A stretch of DNA of 63,849 nt, the filler included, from Ferroacidibacillus organovorans (lineage in GTDB: Bacteria > Bacillota > Bacilli > Alicyclobacillales > SLC66), in assembly GCF_001642725.1 (NCBI RefSeq). It is 6 parts of 6 records of this genome, joined end to end, with 100 filler letters (N's around TTAATTAATTAA, not from the genome) between each part and the next. Parts side by side here need not be neighbours in the genome. Positions count along the whole stretch, not along the records: positions 1 to 13,090 come from NZ_LSUQ01000067.1; 5 more parts are not named here. The stretch is one strand, 5' to 3'. Shown here in pieces: positions 1-10,375 of this stretch; within the stretch, counting starts at the first letter, position 1, and every line of letters begins with the position of its first letter. The notes beneath the pieces are model-generated. The model ran no database searches, had not been told where the DNA came from, and saw only the letters and a list, made by a program, of their open reading frames with translations. The translations under genes and the position numbers were made by a program.

Positions 1-100
1 GACCATGGAGTGTTACACTCCTTGATTCGTCGGCAGCGTCAGAGGTGTAGAAGAGACAGAGCTCGAAGATGAAACGCTGCACGTCGCGCTGCGCGAGCGG

Positions 101-310
101 ATGGTTACCGGGTATGTGCGGGCGGGCTGGGAGATGGATCATCAAGCCTTTGCGCGAGCGTATGCGGCTGCTTTCTTTGAGAACACGTGGATGATGATTG
201 GATTTGATCTGCAGACGCGCTTGGATGAGACAACGGAAGCACAGAGAAAGGCCCGCGCGCTCCAGAAATTGTCTTGGATCGCACGGGCCTGGGCTGAAAT
301 GTCACGGTGA
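101..310 (+). CDS. Hypothetical protein, possibly the 3' part of a gene starting before the window
   Basis: Helical-looking ORF convergent with the phosphoesterase. The frame is open back to a TGA at 23-25. No family recognised. Confidence 0.3.
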   Translation: MVTGYVRAGWEMDHQAFARAYAAAFFENTWMMIGFDLQTRLDETTEAQRKARALQKLSWIARAWAEMSR

Positions 311-341
311 ATGGGGCGGGGTTTCGCTGTGGGTCCGTCGC

Positions 342-1451
342 TTAGTTGGACGAGCCGTTCGGAAGGGTAAGTGACTTGACTTGCGCCTGATCGCTCGCGT
401 TACCTAAATACCCGAGGTTGAAATTCTTCTCGATTGTGCGGAGCAGATTGTAGTGATCCGCCCAGGTGTGGATCACGAAGTGGTGTGGGTAGGCGCTGTC
501 GATAATGATGAGTGGGACCTGTCCGCCGCCGTATGCACCGCCGCTCCAGTTGATGAAGCCGTCTACTTGACCCGCAGGGAGGATCGGGGAGTCAGGGCCT
601 GGCGCTGTAAACACGCTGGTCTCTTGCGCTGTCGGCGTGCCGGATGGGTACTCACTCTCGTCCCAAACGATGTAAATCACAGACTTTGAGGTTTTAAAGC
701 TCTTTGAATCCATGATTTTATTGACCGTGCTTTTTACGAATGCGTCGCCTGCCGCATAGAGCGCGCTCGGATCACTATACGGTGCAGTCGCGCCAGGTCC
801 CGGCGGTTGACCGTGCATGTCATTGATAACGTTTGGACTGATCCAAGCGAAATTCGGAACATGGTTTGTCGCGAGATCTGTCGCCAGTTGGTGAAAGGGT
901 ACGAGATTCAGGTTTTGCTTCGTATTGCGGATACTCGGGATAAAAAAGAAAGGGTTATGTTTCGCCGCGTAGAGCGCATTGGGAGGCGTCTGACTCGCGC
1001 TCGCGGTCACTGGTAGATTGTCAGGATACCAATAGCCGGCATAGCCTGGATAGGGCATGCTCTGCATGTATCCTTTCCAGGTGTCGCGGTGTGCGATCAG
1101 TTGATCCGCAACAGATGTGTGGTTGAAGACTTGCGTCGGATCGTCGCTGTTTGAACCCCAGTTGTTTCCTGTGATCGACGCGATGTAATTGACCAGGCTC
1201 TCGTGCGTGACACCGTAGTAATTGTTCTCGTAGCCGTACGATTGGATGAGTTGATTGATATAAGGCAATTGTGGATTGTTGACGATCTGTGCGGTACCTT
1301 GATTCTCCATCATGATGACATAGACGTGTTGAAATGGTTGGGCGTTTTGTTCCGGCGCATGATGTGTGGATTGGGCCATGGACGGCGTGAGCGACGCAAG
1401 TGTAAGCACAATCGTTGCACCCAGACCGACCCATCTTTTATGAATGTTCAT
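342..1451 (-). CDS. Secreted phosphoesterase (acid phosphatase/phospholipase C-like, alkaline phosphatase superfamily)
   Basis: Signal peptide; motifs HVYVIMMEN, YAAKHNPF, PNFAWISPNVINDMH, WDE, DHYNLLRTIE; AGAGGAGG RBS. Confidence 0.88.
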   Translation of the reverse strand: MNIHKRWVGLGATIVLTLASLTPSMAQSTHHAPEQNAQPFQHVYVIMMENQGTAQIVNNPQLPYINQLIQSYGYENNYYGVTHESLVNYIASITGNNWGSNSDDPTQVFNHTSVADQLIAHRDTWKGYMQSMPYPGYAGYWYPDNLPVTASASQTPPNALYAAKHNPFFFIPSIRNTKQNLNLVPFHQLATDLATNHVPNFAWISPNVINDMHGQPPGPGATAPYSDPSALYAAGDAFVKSTVNKIMDSKSFKTSKSVIYIVWDESEYPSGTPTAQETSVFTAPGPDSPILPAGQVDGFINWSGGAYGGGQVPLIIIDSAYPHHFVIHTWADHYNLLRTIEKNFNLGYLGNASDQAQVKSLTLPNGSSN

Positions 1452-1541
1452 CGTATCCTCCTCTACCTTATCGCGAGATCTTACGCTGTCATTATAAGGA
1501 TAGAGGAGACGCGCATAGGTGAACGGCTCGTTAAGGAAAAG

Positions 1542-2576
1542 TTAAGAAAACGTATGCGCCGCTCGATTATCCGTTGTTTCACGCGCGCCATCGAGTATGA
1601 TCTTCGGTTCATCCGACGTGAGAAACGCATACCAGCGATTGCGAAAGCGCACTTGGGGAGTGTCTGCCGGGACGTGCGCCTCCATGCGCAACGCCTCGGG
1701 AATTGGTCGTGGATGCTGGCTTTCCACGACTGCCTGATCCTCGCGCAGGATCTTTCGGCTATAGCGCGAGAAGACGGTGTTCACCATTGGGATATTGCGG
1801 GCGAACGTGCGTCCGGCGTATCCGTAGATGGCGGTGCGATTCTTGTCGATTGGCGTGAACGTGACGTAGTTGATGAATGTGCTTTTGCCCTCTTGCGTTG
1901 GGCGCAATAGCCACTGCTGAGGAAAGCGATACTCTAGCGTGCCGCCTCCGTTGACGATGGTCATGACGTCGCGCTCAGGAACTTCGACGTGTAGATCTGC
2001 GATTTCGGGTTTTAAGCTACGGCCAATCGTTTTTTTATGCACAAACGCGAGGTGAGCGACATCAAGTACACTCTCGACGACGCGCGTCAGGTGGGCAGAC
2101 CACGTTTGTTCATAGGGGGCGAGTGTGAAACGAGAGCTTTCGAGTTCCTCGAAAAGTGGCAACGGCGCAGGTCGCGCCTCTCGTTTTGACTGCGGATAAA
2201 CCCAGATCATGCCACCGCGCTCGATGACCGGATACGCAGTCACTTTTGCAAAGTCAGGAATGGGTCGGTTTGGGTGTGCAGGTATATCGACGCAGTCGCC
2301 TTGTTCGTTAAACGCCCATCCGTGATAGGCGCAAACAATCCCTTTGGCTGTACAGTGTCCGAGCGAGAGATCCGCACCGCGGTGTGCGCAATATGCGGTG
2401 ACGCACTGCGCGTCTCCGCGCGCGTCGCGATAAAGGACGAGATCGCGGCCGACCAAGCGTTTTTTTAACGGTTTTCGCTTTAGTTCATTTTGAAATCCAA
2501 CTGCATACCAAGCGACAGGAAAGACGTGATCGTCGCTCGGCAATCGATCCTCCTGATTCATAAGCGCTGCCTCCAT
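1542..2576 (-). CDS. Rieske non-heme iron oxygenase alpha subunit (VanA-like O-demethylase/monooxygenase family)
   Basis: Rieske motif CAHRG...CAYHGW; mononuclear Fe motif ESVLDVAHLAFVH; C-terminal ED..VVESQ. Confidence 0.9.
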   Translation of the reverse strand: MEAALMNQEDRLPSDDHVFPVAWYAVGFQNELKRKPLKKRLVGRDLVLYRDARGDAQCVTAYCAHRGADLSLGHCTAKGIVCAYHGWAFNEQGDCVDIPAHPNRPIPDFAKVTAYPVIERGGMIWVYPQSKREARPAPLPLFEELESSRFTLAPYEQTWSAHLTRVVESVLDVAHLAFVHKKTIGRSLKPEIADLHVEVPERDVMTIVNGGGTLEYRFPQQWLLRPTQEGKSTFINYVTFTPIDKNRTAIYGYAGRTFARNIPMVNTVFSRYSRKILREDQAVVESQHPRPIPEALRMEAHVPADTPQVRFRNRWYAFLTSDEPKIILDGARETTDNRAAHTFS

Positions 2577-2647
2577 AATTAACTATATGGTTAATAAATG
2601 GATTGTAATTCGAAGTCGTCGATTTGTAAAGATATCTTACCCAAGCG

Positions 2648-2686
2648 AAGAGGCGCGCCCAGAGCCTTGATCTGGGTGCGCCTTTT
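2648..2686. terminator. Probable rho-independent terminator hairpin after the GDSL gene
   Basis: AAGAGGCGCGCCCAGA ... TCTGGGTGCGCCTTTT inverted repeat. Confidence 0.55.
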
Positions 2687-2727
2687 CAATGTTTTAAAAC
2701 AATGCAAATGTGGTTTAAAAAGTTGGA

Positions 2728-4773
2728 TTACAGGGTTTGCGTCAAACCGGCCGGAGTGGGAACGGGAATGGCTTTGTACGCGTAGTCAGATGAGAGGTTC
2801 ATATTCAGGGAGATGTCTTTTAGTTCCTTTATGACTTTTGCATTCGCACTCGCGTTGGCGCCGGGTTGTGACGCGATCAGGTTGGCTGGGATCACAATGG
2901 ACATGATCTCATTGACCGAAGAAAAGCGTGCGTTTGGCCCTTGGCCAACGACCGAGAATTGCACTTTTGCTTGCATCGTTTTGAAGATGGCCTGCATCAT
3001 CGTCTTCATCTGCGCGGCGTTTGTGGTATTGGGGAGTCCCATGCCTCCGAATTGCGACATCATGTTGTCGATAAAGGAAGTCATTTTTGTCTGGTCAATC
3101 TCCATGGTGTAGGTGTAACCGGAGGCGGTCTGCGCAGCCTGGACGTTTGTGTAAGACTGGAGACTCAGTTGCGCGAGCGAACTTCCACCGAGTGAGAAAT
3201 TATTCATGACGCTCTGTAGGTTCGTCGAACCGGGAATTGGCTGATAGCCTTTGCCGGAGTTGATATACAGTTTGTTACCGTTGATAAACTCGTGAATCGG
3301 CGTAGTAAGCGTACTCGCGCCACCCGCGCTCGCAAACGCAGGCATAGAAATCGGATCGATCTCGATAAGCGCTTTGATTTGCCCCATCACGGTCTGTAAA
3401 TTCATTTTCAGCCCCATCTTAATAGGGCTTGCAAACAGGCTCTGAACCTGCTTCAGTTGGGCGTCTTTTTGTCCTGCGGCCGTCAAATCCCAGTTGAATT
3501 TCATCGCCATTGTGCCGGTCGATTGTTCGTAGTTTGGCTTTTCAGATGCAAGTGTTGCTTGCAAGAACGCTTGCGCCGCAGGCTGGCTGATCTGCCAGCT
3601 TGCAGGAATCTGAATCGCGGTTGCGGCGGGTTGAATTCCGAGCAGTTTGAGGTGCAATGCAAAACCGATCTCGTCGCCAAGGTTCATCGTGCGCGACGGC
3701 GAAAGTGCACTAAAGAGGTGATTCTCAAGTGCCCACTCCATGGCAGAGACTTGCGGCGTTTGCAGTTTTGGGAGCGTCGCGTTGACAAGTTTGGCGGCGA
3801 TTACGGCCGCTTGCGCTTCCGTGACAGGGTCATTCACACCAAAATGCGTGGCGGTATCCGGCGCCATGAGGCCCATCGAAATGGCCTTGTTCACGTACCC
3901 CCATAGAAAAGAATGGGTTGGCACATCGACGAATGGCGATGTGCCCGCGCGATCTGGCTGAATGCCCATGATGGCGAGAAGTTCAAAGATAAATGCGCCT
4001 TTACCCTGATAATCTTTGCTCGCAGGCGCAAGTGCCTGTTCACCGAGTGATGCGAGCACCTGTTGGCCGAGTACGGTTGGGTGTACATCATTGGGTCGGA
4101 TATAGGTCGCTTCATTTCCGGCAAACGCGCCAAACGCGTTTGCGACAGGCACGTTAAACTGCAGCGCATCGCCTAGAATTATCGCGTTTTCTTGGGAGAG
4201 AAGCGTATTCGCGAGTCCGTAGAGTGTTTGCAGTTGCGGCGAGAACGGATTGTAAAGGTTGTAGAGCACGATTCGCGCATTTGGATTGAGTTTGTGAATG
4301 GTCGTGAGGATCGCGGGCAAGTTCTTGCCGAACTGAAGGATCGCTGCTTCAAACTGGGCTCCTTCGGCTGCGGTAAGTTTTGGAGTTGCAGACGTCAACA
4401 AACCGTCTTTTTCAGCGAGTTGAAGGAGATCGTTGTTTCCAGTGTCAATCGTGACGACGCTAGCGTTTTTGATCGCTTGCTGAACGCTTGCATTAGTCAA
4501 AAGTGTGAGCAAATCAGTTGACGTGGAACCTGGCACTGCAAGGTCGCTGACCTGCATGCCTTCCGCTTTTCCGATCAAATATGGATAGGCCTGCGGTGCT
4601 GGCGCGGTATTCCCGGGAACAAGATTATAGCCGAAAGGGATGGAGTCACCCAAGGCGACGAGCGTCTGTGTCGACGCAGAGGCATGCCTGCTTGCTGCAA
4701 ACGCGGCAGGGCTGATCATGGAAACGGTGAGAAAGGCAGAAGCCAATCCCAAAAGTGATTTTTTCAAGCGCAC
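2728..4773 (-). CDS. Secreted SGNH/GDSL hydrolase fused to an SLH-like domain and a long C-terminal beta-rich domain
   Basis: Signal peptide; ALGDSIPFG, GNNDL, DVHPT (SGNH blocks); PFVDVP..WGYVNKAISMGLM (SLH-like). Start moved to GTG 4773 after a GAGGAG RBS. Confidence 0.82.
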   Translation of the reverse strand: MRLKKSLLGLASAFLTVSMISPAAFAASRHASASTQTLVALGDSIPFGYNLVPGNTAPAPQAYPYLIGKAEGMQVSDLAVPGSTSTDLLTLLTNASVQQAIKNASVVTIDTGNNDLLQLAEKDGLLTSATPKLTAAEGAQFEAAILQFGKNLPAILTTIHKLNPNARIVLYNLYNPFSPQLQTLYGLANTLLSQENAIILGDALQFNVPVANAFGAFAGNEATYIRPNDVHPTVLGQQVLASLGEQALAPASKDYQGKGAFIFELLAIMGIQPDRAGTSPFVDVPTHSFLWGYVNKAISMGLMAPDTATHFGVNDPVTEAQAAVIAAKLVNATLPKLQTPQVSAMEWALENHLFSALSPSRTMNLGDEIGFALHLKLLGIQPAATAIQIPASWQISQPAAQAFLQATLASEKPNYEQSTGTMAMKFNWDLTAAGQKDAQLKQVQSLFASPIKMGLKMNLQTVMGQIKALIEIDPISMPAFASAGGASTLTTPIHEFINGNKLYINSGKGYQPIPGSTNLQSVMNNFSLGGSSLAQLSLQSYTNVQAAQTASGYTYTMEIDQTKMTSFIDNMMSQFGGMGLPNTTNAAQMKTMMQAIFKTMQAKVQFSVVGQGPNARFSSVNEIMSIVIPANLIASQPGANASANAKVIKELKDISLNMNLSSDYAYKAIPVPTPAGLTQTL

Positions 4774-5299
4774 AATACGACTCCTCTCGTGTTGAACCGT
4801 ACAGGATTTGTTGCAATGGATAGATGGAACGACCCGTGTCACTGTATGTTTGATTCGACAGGCGCATGCCAGTTCCTTTATGAAATTCTTGTAATGCATG
4901 TGTAATCTTTTGGCGGTTCGAAGCTTGGTTGGGCGAATTTTTGATCCATGGATGATAGGGTGATTGTGGCGTGTGGATGCAATGATTTCACATTTGGACT
5001 ATACTTAGGAAAATCATGCACAATTTTCTGTTGATGACGTGAGAATGAGATAGAGATGGCGGTCGGCGAGATCGGTGCGAGCAGAACAGTGACGCAGCAG
5101 AGACGGCAAGGCATGGATGATCGAGTTGAGATGATTCGCGGTTCCTTACCTTTTATAGAAGCGACCCCTGACTTATACTTTGTTATGGATGCACGTACCC
5201 CTCGAGATTTTAGAACAATATAGAGACATACAGTCCAAGGTGTATAGGTTGACAACATTTATAGTGATGAATAAAAGGATGGACTTGGAGAGGTTATGT

Positions 5300-7726
5300 G
5301 TGAGCGAGAGATTGAATGAATCCCTGTTTTCACTGTTAAATCAAATTTCAGACGCGATCATGATCACAGATTTGAAGGAAATGATTCTCTATGTCAATCC
5401 GGCATTCACCAAGATGACCGGTTATTCATTTATGGAACTCGTCCACCGCAAGCCGGAGATGCTTCAAGGTGCCGAAACGAGCAGTGAAACGCGTAAACAA
5501 ATTGCAGCGACGCTGCGCAGTGGACAGGCTTATGAGGGAGAGATTCTAAACTATCGAAAAGATGGCCGCTCGTTTTGGAACTATCTATCGATTAGTCCCA
5601 TCCGCGATCACGATAAACAGGTCATTTATTATTTATCGATTCAAAGAGATGTGAGTGTCGATCGAACGATGTTGCTTCTGCGCCACCACACGGAGTGGGA
5701 ACTCGCAGAAGTCGTGGCGCTTTACCGGGCGCTCTCCTTGACACAACAGATCCTCGGTCAACCGAACCTTGGCGTGAGTGTGATGGATCGGCTGGGGGAA
5801 CTGTGTGACCATCTTATCCAGGTGCTTCAAGTCAATTTGATTTATGTTGGGATGCTCGATCGCCAGGGGGACCGAGTGCGCTTTCTCGCTGCGCGGGGCA
5901 GGTCCCAGCACTATGTGGAAACCTTGCAGATTTCGGATGATGAAAACCTTGAAGAAGGGCAAGGACCCGCCGGGCAGTCGCTGCGCACACTCGGCACCGT
6001 TGTTGCCAATGCGAGTGACCCTTCTTTGCGATTTTGGAGGGACAACTTAGAGCGATTTGGCCTCGACAGCACGCTCGTATCTTCGGCGCGCACAGGATCT
6101 GGTCGCAAAATCTTACTGTCCTTGTATCGCTCTGCCGAACATCCGTTTATTGCAGGTGTGGAACACCTTATGGAGGCAATTACAAAGGAAATTGCGGCAT
6201 TTTTCGATCGGATTGAGACGAATGATCGATTGCAAATGATCCAGTCTTATCGCGATGCGCTGCGCACATTTCAACGGTCGCTTTTGGATATGAATGATTC
6301 TCAAGCGATCATCCAAACGATGGTGGACGTAATCGCGACGCACACGAAAGTCAGTTGTGTCGATGCCTTTACGTCGGAGATGGGGGATGAGTCGCTCCAA
6401 AGGATTCACGTTGCGGGTCCGTTGGCGCTGCATTTTCACCAATTGCCCGAACCGCATACAAAGGCGCAACTCCATCGTGATGGGTTACCACTGCCAACAC
6501 AGGTATGGATTTCCGGTCAAAAAATTGTGATTGCAAACCCCTCCCGCGATGAATCCCTTCCATCACTGTGGCGGTTGCCACCTCTCAGTGAAATGGGCGT
6601 TGTGGCGGGGTGGCCGATGATTTCACCTCACGATCATTCGGTGTTTGGGGTGATTACGATCACGGCACAGGCGAGAGACACGTTCACGCCGGAGATTGAT
6701 ACGCTGATTGAAGACATGGTTCAATCCGCGGCGCTCGCCATTGAGCGAGTAGAATCAAAGCGTGAGATGGAGCGACTTCAACAGTACCAAGAGGCGGGAT
6801 TAGAGGCGCAGCATGCGTTTCTTGCGCTTTCGAACAGCGATACGATCTATTCGCGATTTGTAGAAATCATGGTGCAAAAGACGGATTGCCTTGCGTCTTA
6901 TGTCGTTATTCCGAACGAACTTGGCGACATGAAAATTGTCGCATGGTCCGCAAAGGATGAAGGACTAGAACGGGTCCTTGCGCAATCCGCGTGTCTCAAT
7001 ACACTGACCTGCGAATCGCAGGATGGTCTTGAAAAGCGAAACAGACGCTATGACATTATGTCGTGGCCGATCCTCTTTGCAAATGACATGGCGCCTCAGT
7101 CTTTCGTCAAATTTGTATTTGCTAGGCGTGCGCGAATGACACCGATGCTTATGAACCTGCTTGAACAATTGATGGAGAGTCTAAAAAGCGCTCTACAACT
7201 GACGGAGAATCGAGAAACGCTCAACCAATGGGCGTGGCTTGATCCGTTGACGGGAATCTCGAATCGCCGCGCGCTCGATCGATTCTTAGAAAAAATGAAT
7301 GATGGAAATGAATCAGGTGCAGTCATCTACGTCGACCTGGATGACTTTAAGCCTGTCAATGATTGCTATGGCCATGAAACGGGAGATCTTGTTTTGAAAG
7401 AAATTGCCAAGCGATTGGCGAGTGGGCTCGGTAAAAATGATCTCGTTTCGCGGCTTGGCGGCGACGAATTTGTCATGATTCTCGTCGGCTTGGAGCAGCG
7501 TTCGGATCTTCTTGAGCGACTTGAGGCGCTCGACCAGTTGATTCAGAAGCCAATCGATGTGGAGGGTGTTTCGGAGCCTCTCTTTGTGCACGCGAGTATG
7601 GGCGTGGCACAGTTTATGCGTGGGCACAAATTGCCGCACGATGTGATGCGAATTGCGGATCAACAGGTGTATATCGCGAAAAACGCCAAGCAGGACAGGG
7701 CGGTCGCATGGAAAATTTCAGAGTAA
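5300..7726 (+). CDS. PAS/PAC-GAF(s)-GGDEF diguanylate cyclase
   Basis: PAS (YVNPAFTKMTGY, NYRKDGRSFWN); GAF-like repeats; DPLTGISNRR, DLDDFKPVND, RLGGDEF. Confidence 0.9.
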   Translation: MSERLNESLFSLLNQISDAIMITDLKEMILYVNPAFTKMTGYSFMELVHRKPEMLQGAETSSETRKQIAATLRSGQAYEGEILNYRKDGRSFWNYLSISPIRDHDKQVIYYLSIQRDVSVDRTMLLLRHHTEWELAEVVALYRALSLTQQILGQPNLGVSVMDRLGELCDHLIQVLQVNLIYVGMLDRQGDRVRFLAARGRSQHYVETLQISDDENLEEGQGPAGQSLRTLGTVVANASDPSLRFWRDNLERFGLDSTLVSSARTGSGRKILLSLYRSAEHPFIAGVEHLMEAITKEIAAFFDRIETNDRLQMIQSYRDALRTFQRSLLDMNDSQAIIQTMVDVIATHTKVSCVDAFTSEMGDESLQRIHVAGPLALHFHQLPEPHTKAQLHRDGLPLPTQVWISGQKIVIANPSRDESLPSLWRLPPLSEMGVVAGWPMISPHDHSVFGVITITAQARDTFTPEIDTLIEDMVQSAALAIERVESKREMERLQQYQEAGLEAQHAFLALSNSDTIYSRFVEIMVQKTDCLASYVVIPNELGDMKIVAWSAKDEGLERVLAQSACLNTLTCESQDGLEKRNRRYDIMSWPILFANDMAPQSFVKFVFARRARMTPMLMNLLEQLMESLKSALQLTENRETLNQWAWLDPLTGISNRRALDRFLEKMNDGNESGAVIYVDLDDFKPVNDCYGHETGDLVLKEIAKRLASGLGKNDLVSRLGGDEFVMILVGLEQRSDLLERLEALDQLIQKPIDVEGVSEPLFVHASMGVAQFMRGHKLPHDVMRIADQQVYIAKNAKQDRAVAWKISE

Positions 7727-7772
7727 AGGGTAGCGCTCATCATGTAAGTGAAAAATCACAGGCGACTCGGTG

Positions 7773-7806
7773 AAGCGGTTTGGGAGACGATCTCCCAAAC
7801 CGCTTC
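7773..7806. terminator. Hairpin between convergent genes
   Basis: GAAGCGGTTTGGGAGA-CGA-TCTCCCAAACCGCTTC perfect inverted repeat. Confidence 0.65.
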
Positions 7807-7842
7807 GTATGAAATGGGATATTCAAAGTGCTACGCGCTCAA

Positions 7843-8997
7843 TCAATTCGTTTTGCGCTTCTTCCGCCCGGCGAGAAACAATCCAGTTCCAGTGCCGATC
7901 ATGAGAATCCCAGCGCCTGCCTCGGGAAGAACGGGGAGTCCGGTTACGGGTGTGGTGGCGGCGGTTACCGTGTGTGTTTTCGGTTTGAGAATCACATAGG
8001 ACATCTGCTTGCTCTCTTGCGTGTGCGGAAGGACAGTTTCACCGCGCGCGGATACAGGAGCCACAAAACGTAAACCACTTGGTGTAACTTGATACACAGC
8101 GCTTCCACTTGGTAGACCATGCTCCGTCAGGTGCAGCAGCGCGTGGTTGACGGCCGCAGGTGGCAGATTGACAGTGAAATTTCCGCCGAGCGCTTCGCCC
8201 GCTGGAACGAATCCGCGCAGTGCGGGCAATGCATGGGATGTGATCGTTACTTCGCCCGAGATCGCAGTGGAAAGTTCAACAGTTACACTCTCTTCTCCCT
8301 CGACTTGGGTTACACTCCGCCATTGCACTTGCGCGTTTTGTGTGGAATGTGCGTGTTGCGTGGGAGGCGGGGCGATTCGCGGCTGCAGTACGATCACATC
8401 AAGGGAGGTGACGCCGGGCGCCAACGTGATGTCGCACTGATCGTTCTCAATCGTGACAGGAAGGCGAACGAGGCGTTGGCCAACGATGGCGTAAACGACG
8501 GCTCCCGCGCCCGCGTGCAGGTTTTGCAGATGGAGGGTGAGTGGTTTTACGGCCGCTGCTCCTGCCAGTCGGATACCGCAAGAGCCGATGACAGCATATC
8601 CCTGCGGGAGGGAAACAGGTAAGTGCGCTTGATCCACGGCGGTCAGCGCGATATCTCCGCGCGCGTGCCAAGCGCCAGTGGGCACGGTCAGCGAGGCGTC
8701 ACACCCTTGCGCAACAGAGCTCAGCGTCTCGCCTTCCGCGCGATCCTGTGCGTCTGCAAGGATGCTTCCGCTTGGTTTTGTGAACCAATCAAATTGCAGT
8801 GATCGACGGTCGTCTCCTTTTCCCTTGTCTTTATCTCCTATTTTATTTCTGTCCTCTTGGTTTTGTTGTTTCCCATCGTGATGTCCACCGTTGTCGGATC
8901 CTTTGGCGAATGCCACGCCAGTTGCTGGCATCAACATCAGCGCGGTGAGTGTTACGCCTACCAAGCATCGCTTCATGTACATCTTCATCCGTATCAT
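7843..8997 (-). CDS. Cell-wall-anchored surface protein (probable sortase substrate)
   Basis: Signal peptide; two internally similar beta domains; C-terminal ATTPVTG, hydrophobic stretch and RKKRK tail; overlaps the sortase stop by 4 nt. Confidence 0.75.
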   Translation of the reverse strand: MIRMKMYMKRCLVGVTLTALMLMPATGVAFAKGSDNGGHHDGKQQNQEDRNKIGDKDKGKGDDRRSLQFDWFTKPSGSILADAQDRAEGETLSSVAQGCDASLTVPTGAWHARGDIALTAVDQAHLPVSLPQGYAVIGSCGIRLAGAAAVKPLTLHLQNLHAGAGAVVYAIVGQRLVRLPVTIENDQCDITLAPGVTSLDVIVLQPRIAPPPTQHAHSTQNAQVQWRSVTQVEGEESVTVELSTAISGEVTITSHALPALRGFVPAGEALGGNFTVNLPPAAVNHALLHLTEHGLPSGSAVYQVTPSGLRFVAPVSARGETVLPHTQESKQMSYVILKPKTHTVTAATTPVTGLPVLPEAGAGILMIGTGTGLFLAGRKKRKTN

Positions 8998-10145
8998 CCT
9001 CCGTAGTGAATGTCGATGGTCTGGAGTTTCAGTCGACTGCCTGAAGCGGGAAGTGCAAGCATGCTTATGTTATAGAGTTGTCCATTGATGCGCGCAGTGA
9101 CGTTTGCCGTTGCCTGATCCAGGCGAATGCCGCTTGCTGTGAGACGAACTTGAAAACTGCGCGCGTAACTGACGCGACTGACGGGTATACCCCAAAAGGG
9201 GTTGAGACCTAGCGCTTTTGTGCCCATCGCGCTCAACCATGGTTGTTGTTTCAAGGCGGATGCGTGGAGCCATCCGGCGAACAGTTCCTCCAGCGCATTG
9301 GCGGCGTCAAGCGGTGAATTGCTTTCCGACCATACAAGGGCCGGACTTCCGGAATACCTGAGGTTTCCCATCGGAATTGAGTTTGTCGCAAGAGTCAGTC
9401 CTGTACGCCACAGCGCGAGGGGAACAGCGGGCCGCCAAGGGATGTTCCCCGGTGTCCCACGCACGATTGGCGGGGATTGGTGAAAGAGTTTTCCTGAGAC
9501 GAGTTGTGCCTTCACCAGATAGCGATAAGGGGTCAAATAAAGAGCGCCCAGTGGATAGCAGGTTTCAAGCACAATCTCGGGTGAGGCGGAGTTGGCAAGC
9601 GCTGTGCCCGTGCGTACGATTTGATGGCCAGTGACGCGATAGATAAATTGACCGTACATCGTATTGACGATGAGTACGTCACCTACGCGCAGGTGATTGA
9701 TGTGGCGAAACCATGTCGCGTTGTGGGCGGCCAGGACGCCACGTCCGATTTGACCGGGGAGGGCGCTGTTTGGCAGGTGGCCAACGGCGCGCTGCAAATC
9801 AACATCCGCCGTTCCCTGCACAATCGGTGCTGTCAGCGACAGCGTGGGAATCCGAATGAGCCCGATGCCACTTCCTGGTGCTGGCGTTGGTTCGTTTGGC
9901 GCGACGATATCTGAGAGTTGCATGAACTGTAGCGTGGTCGCTGATGCACGCGGAACGTAGACCATGGAACTTGGCGCAAGAGAAGGATTGCGCGCTTGAC
10001 GCGCCAATGCCTGTTCTTCTTGGCGGAGTTGGCTTTGTCCTGCCGCGCGCGCATTCGCGAACCAAAGCGGAATCTGCGCGAGCCATCCTGTGCCGACGAC
10101 GATGAGTGACGCGCCTGCGAGGCGCATGAAGGCGCGTGGTTGCAA
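8994..10145 (-). CDS. Class D-like sortase with C-terminal extension
   Basis: N-terminal TM; IRIPTL, LAAHN (His), LETCYP (Cys), YRYLV (Arg). Confidence 0.88.
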   Translation of the reverse strand: MQPRAFMRLAGASLIVVGTGWLAQIPLWFANARAAGQSQLRQEEQALARQARNPSLAPSSMVYVPRASATTLQFMQLSDIVAPNEPTPAPGSGIGLIRIPTLSLTAPIVQGTADVDLQRAVGHLPNSALPGQIGRGVLAAHNATWFRHINHLRVGDVLIVNTMYGQFIYRVTGHQIVRTGTALANSASPEIVLETCYPLGALYLTPYRYLVKAQLVSGKLFHQSPPIVRGTPGNIPWRPAVPLALWRTGLTLATNSIPMGNLRYSGSPALVWSESNSPLDAANALEELFAGWLHASALKQQPWLSAMGTKALGLNPFWGIPVSRVSYARSFQVRLTASGIRLDQATANVTARINGQLYNISMLALPASGSRLKLQTIDIHYGG

Positions 10146-10375
10146 ATGGATCCCCCCGTGAGCGTGCGAATTCTGAGTTACTGCGATACGCGATCAAGTC
10201 TCTGATCGATGAATGCGAATTACCATATGTTCAGGTGTTCGAGAATGGTGAATGAAGTTTGACGGTGGACGAGCTGTGGATTTTGATAAAAATTGACTTT
10301 GGTGAGATTGGCACAAAGAAGGAGTTTAAAAGCGAAGAATTGGAATTTGTGACAAATACTAAGGAGTGACGAGTT

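Noticed and set aside
1203..1910. Long alternative ORFs (e.g. 1203-1910+, 36013-36750+, 41186-41911-, 44004-44777-, 47960-48625+, 60386-61087+)
   Set aside because: Antisense shadows of well-supported genes in GC-rich DNA, with no motifs or RBS.
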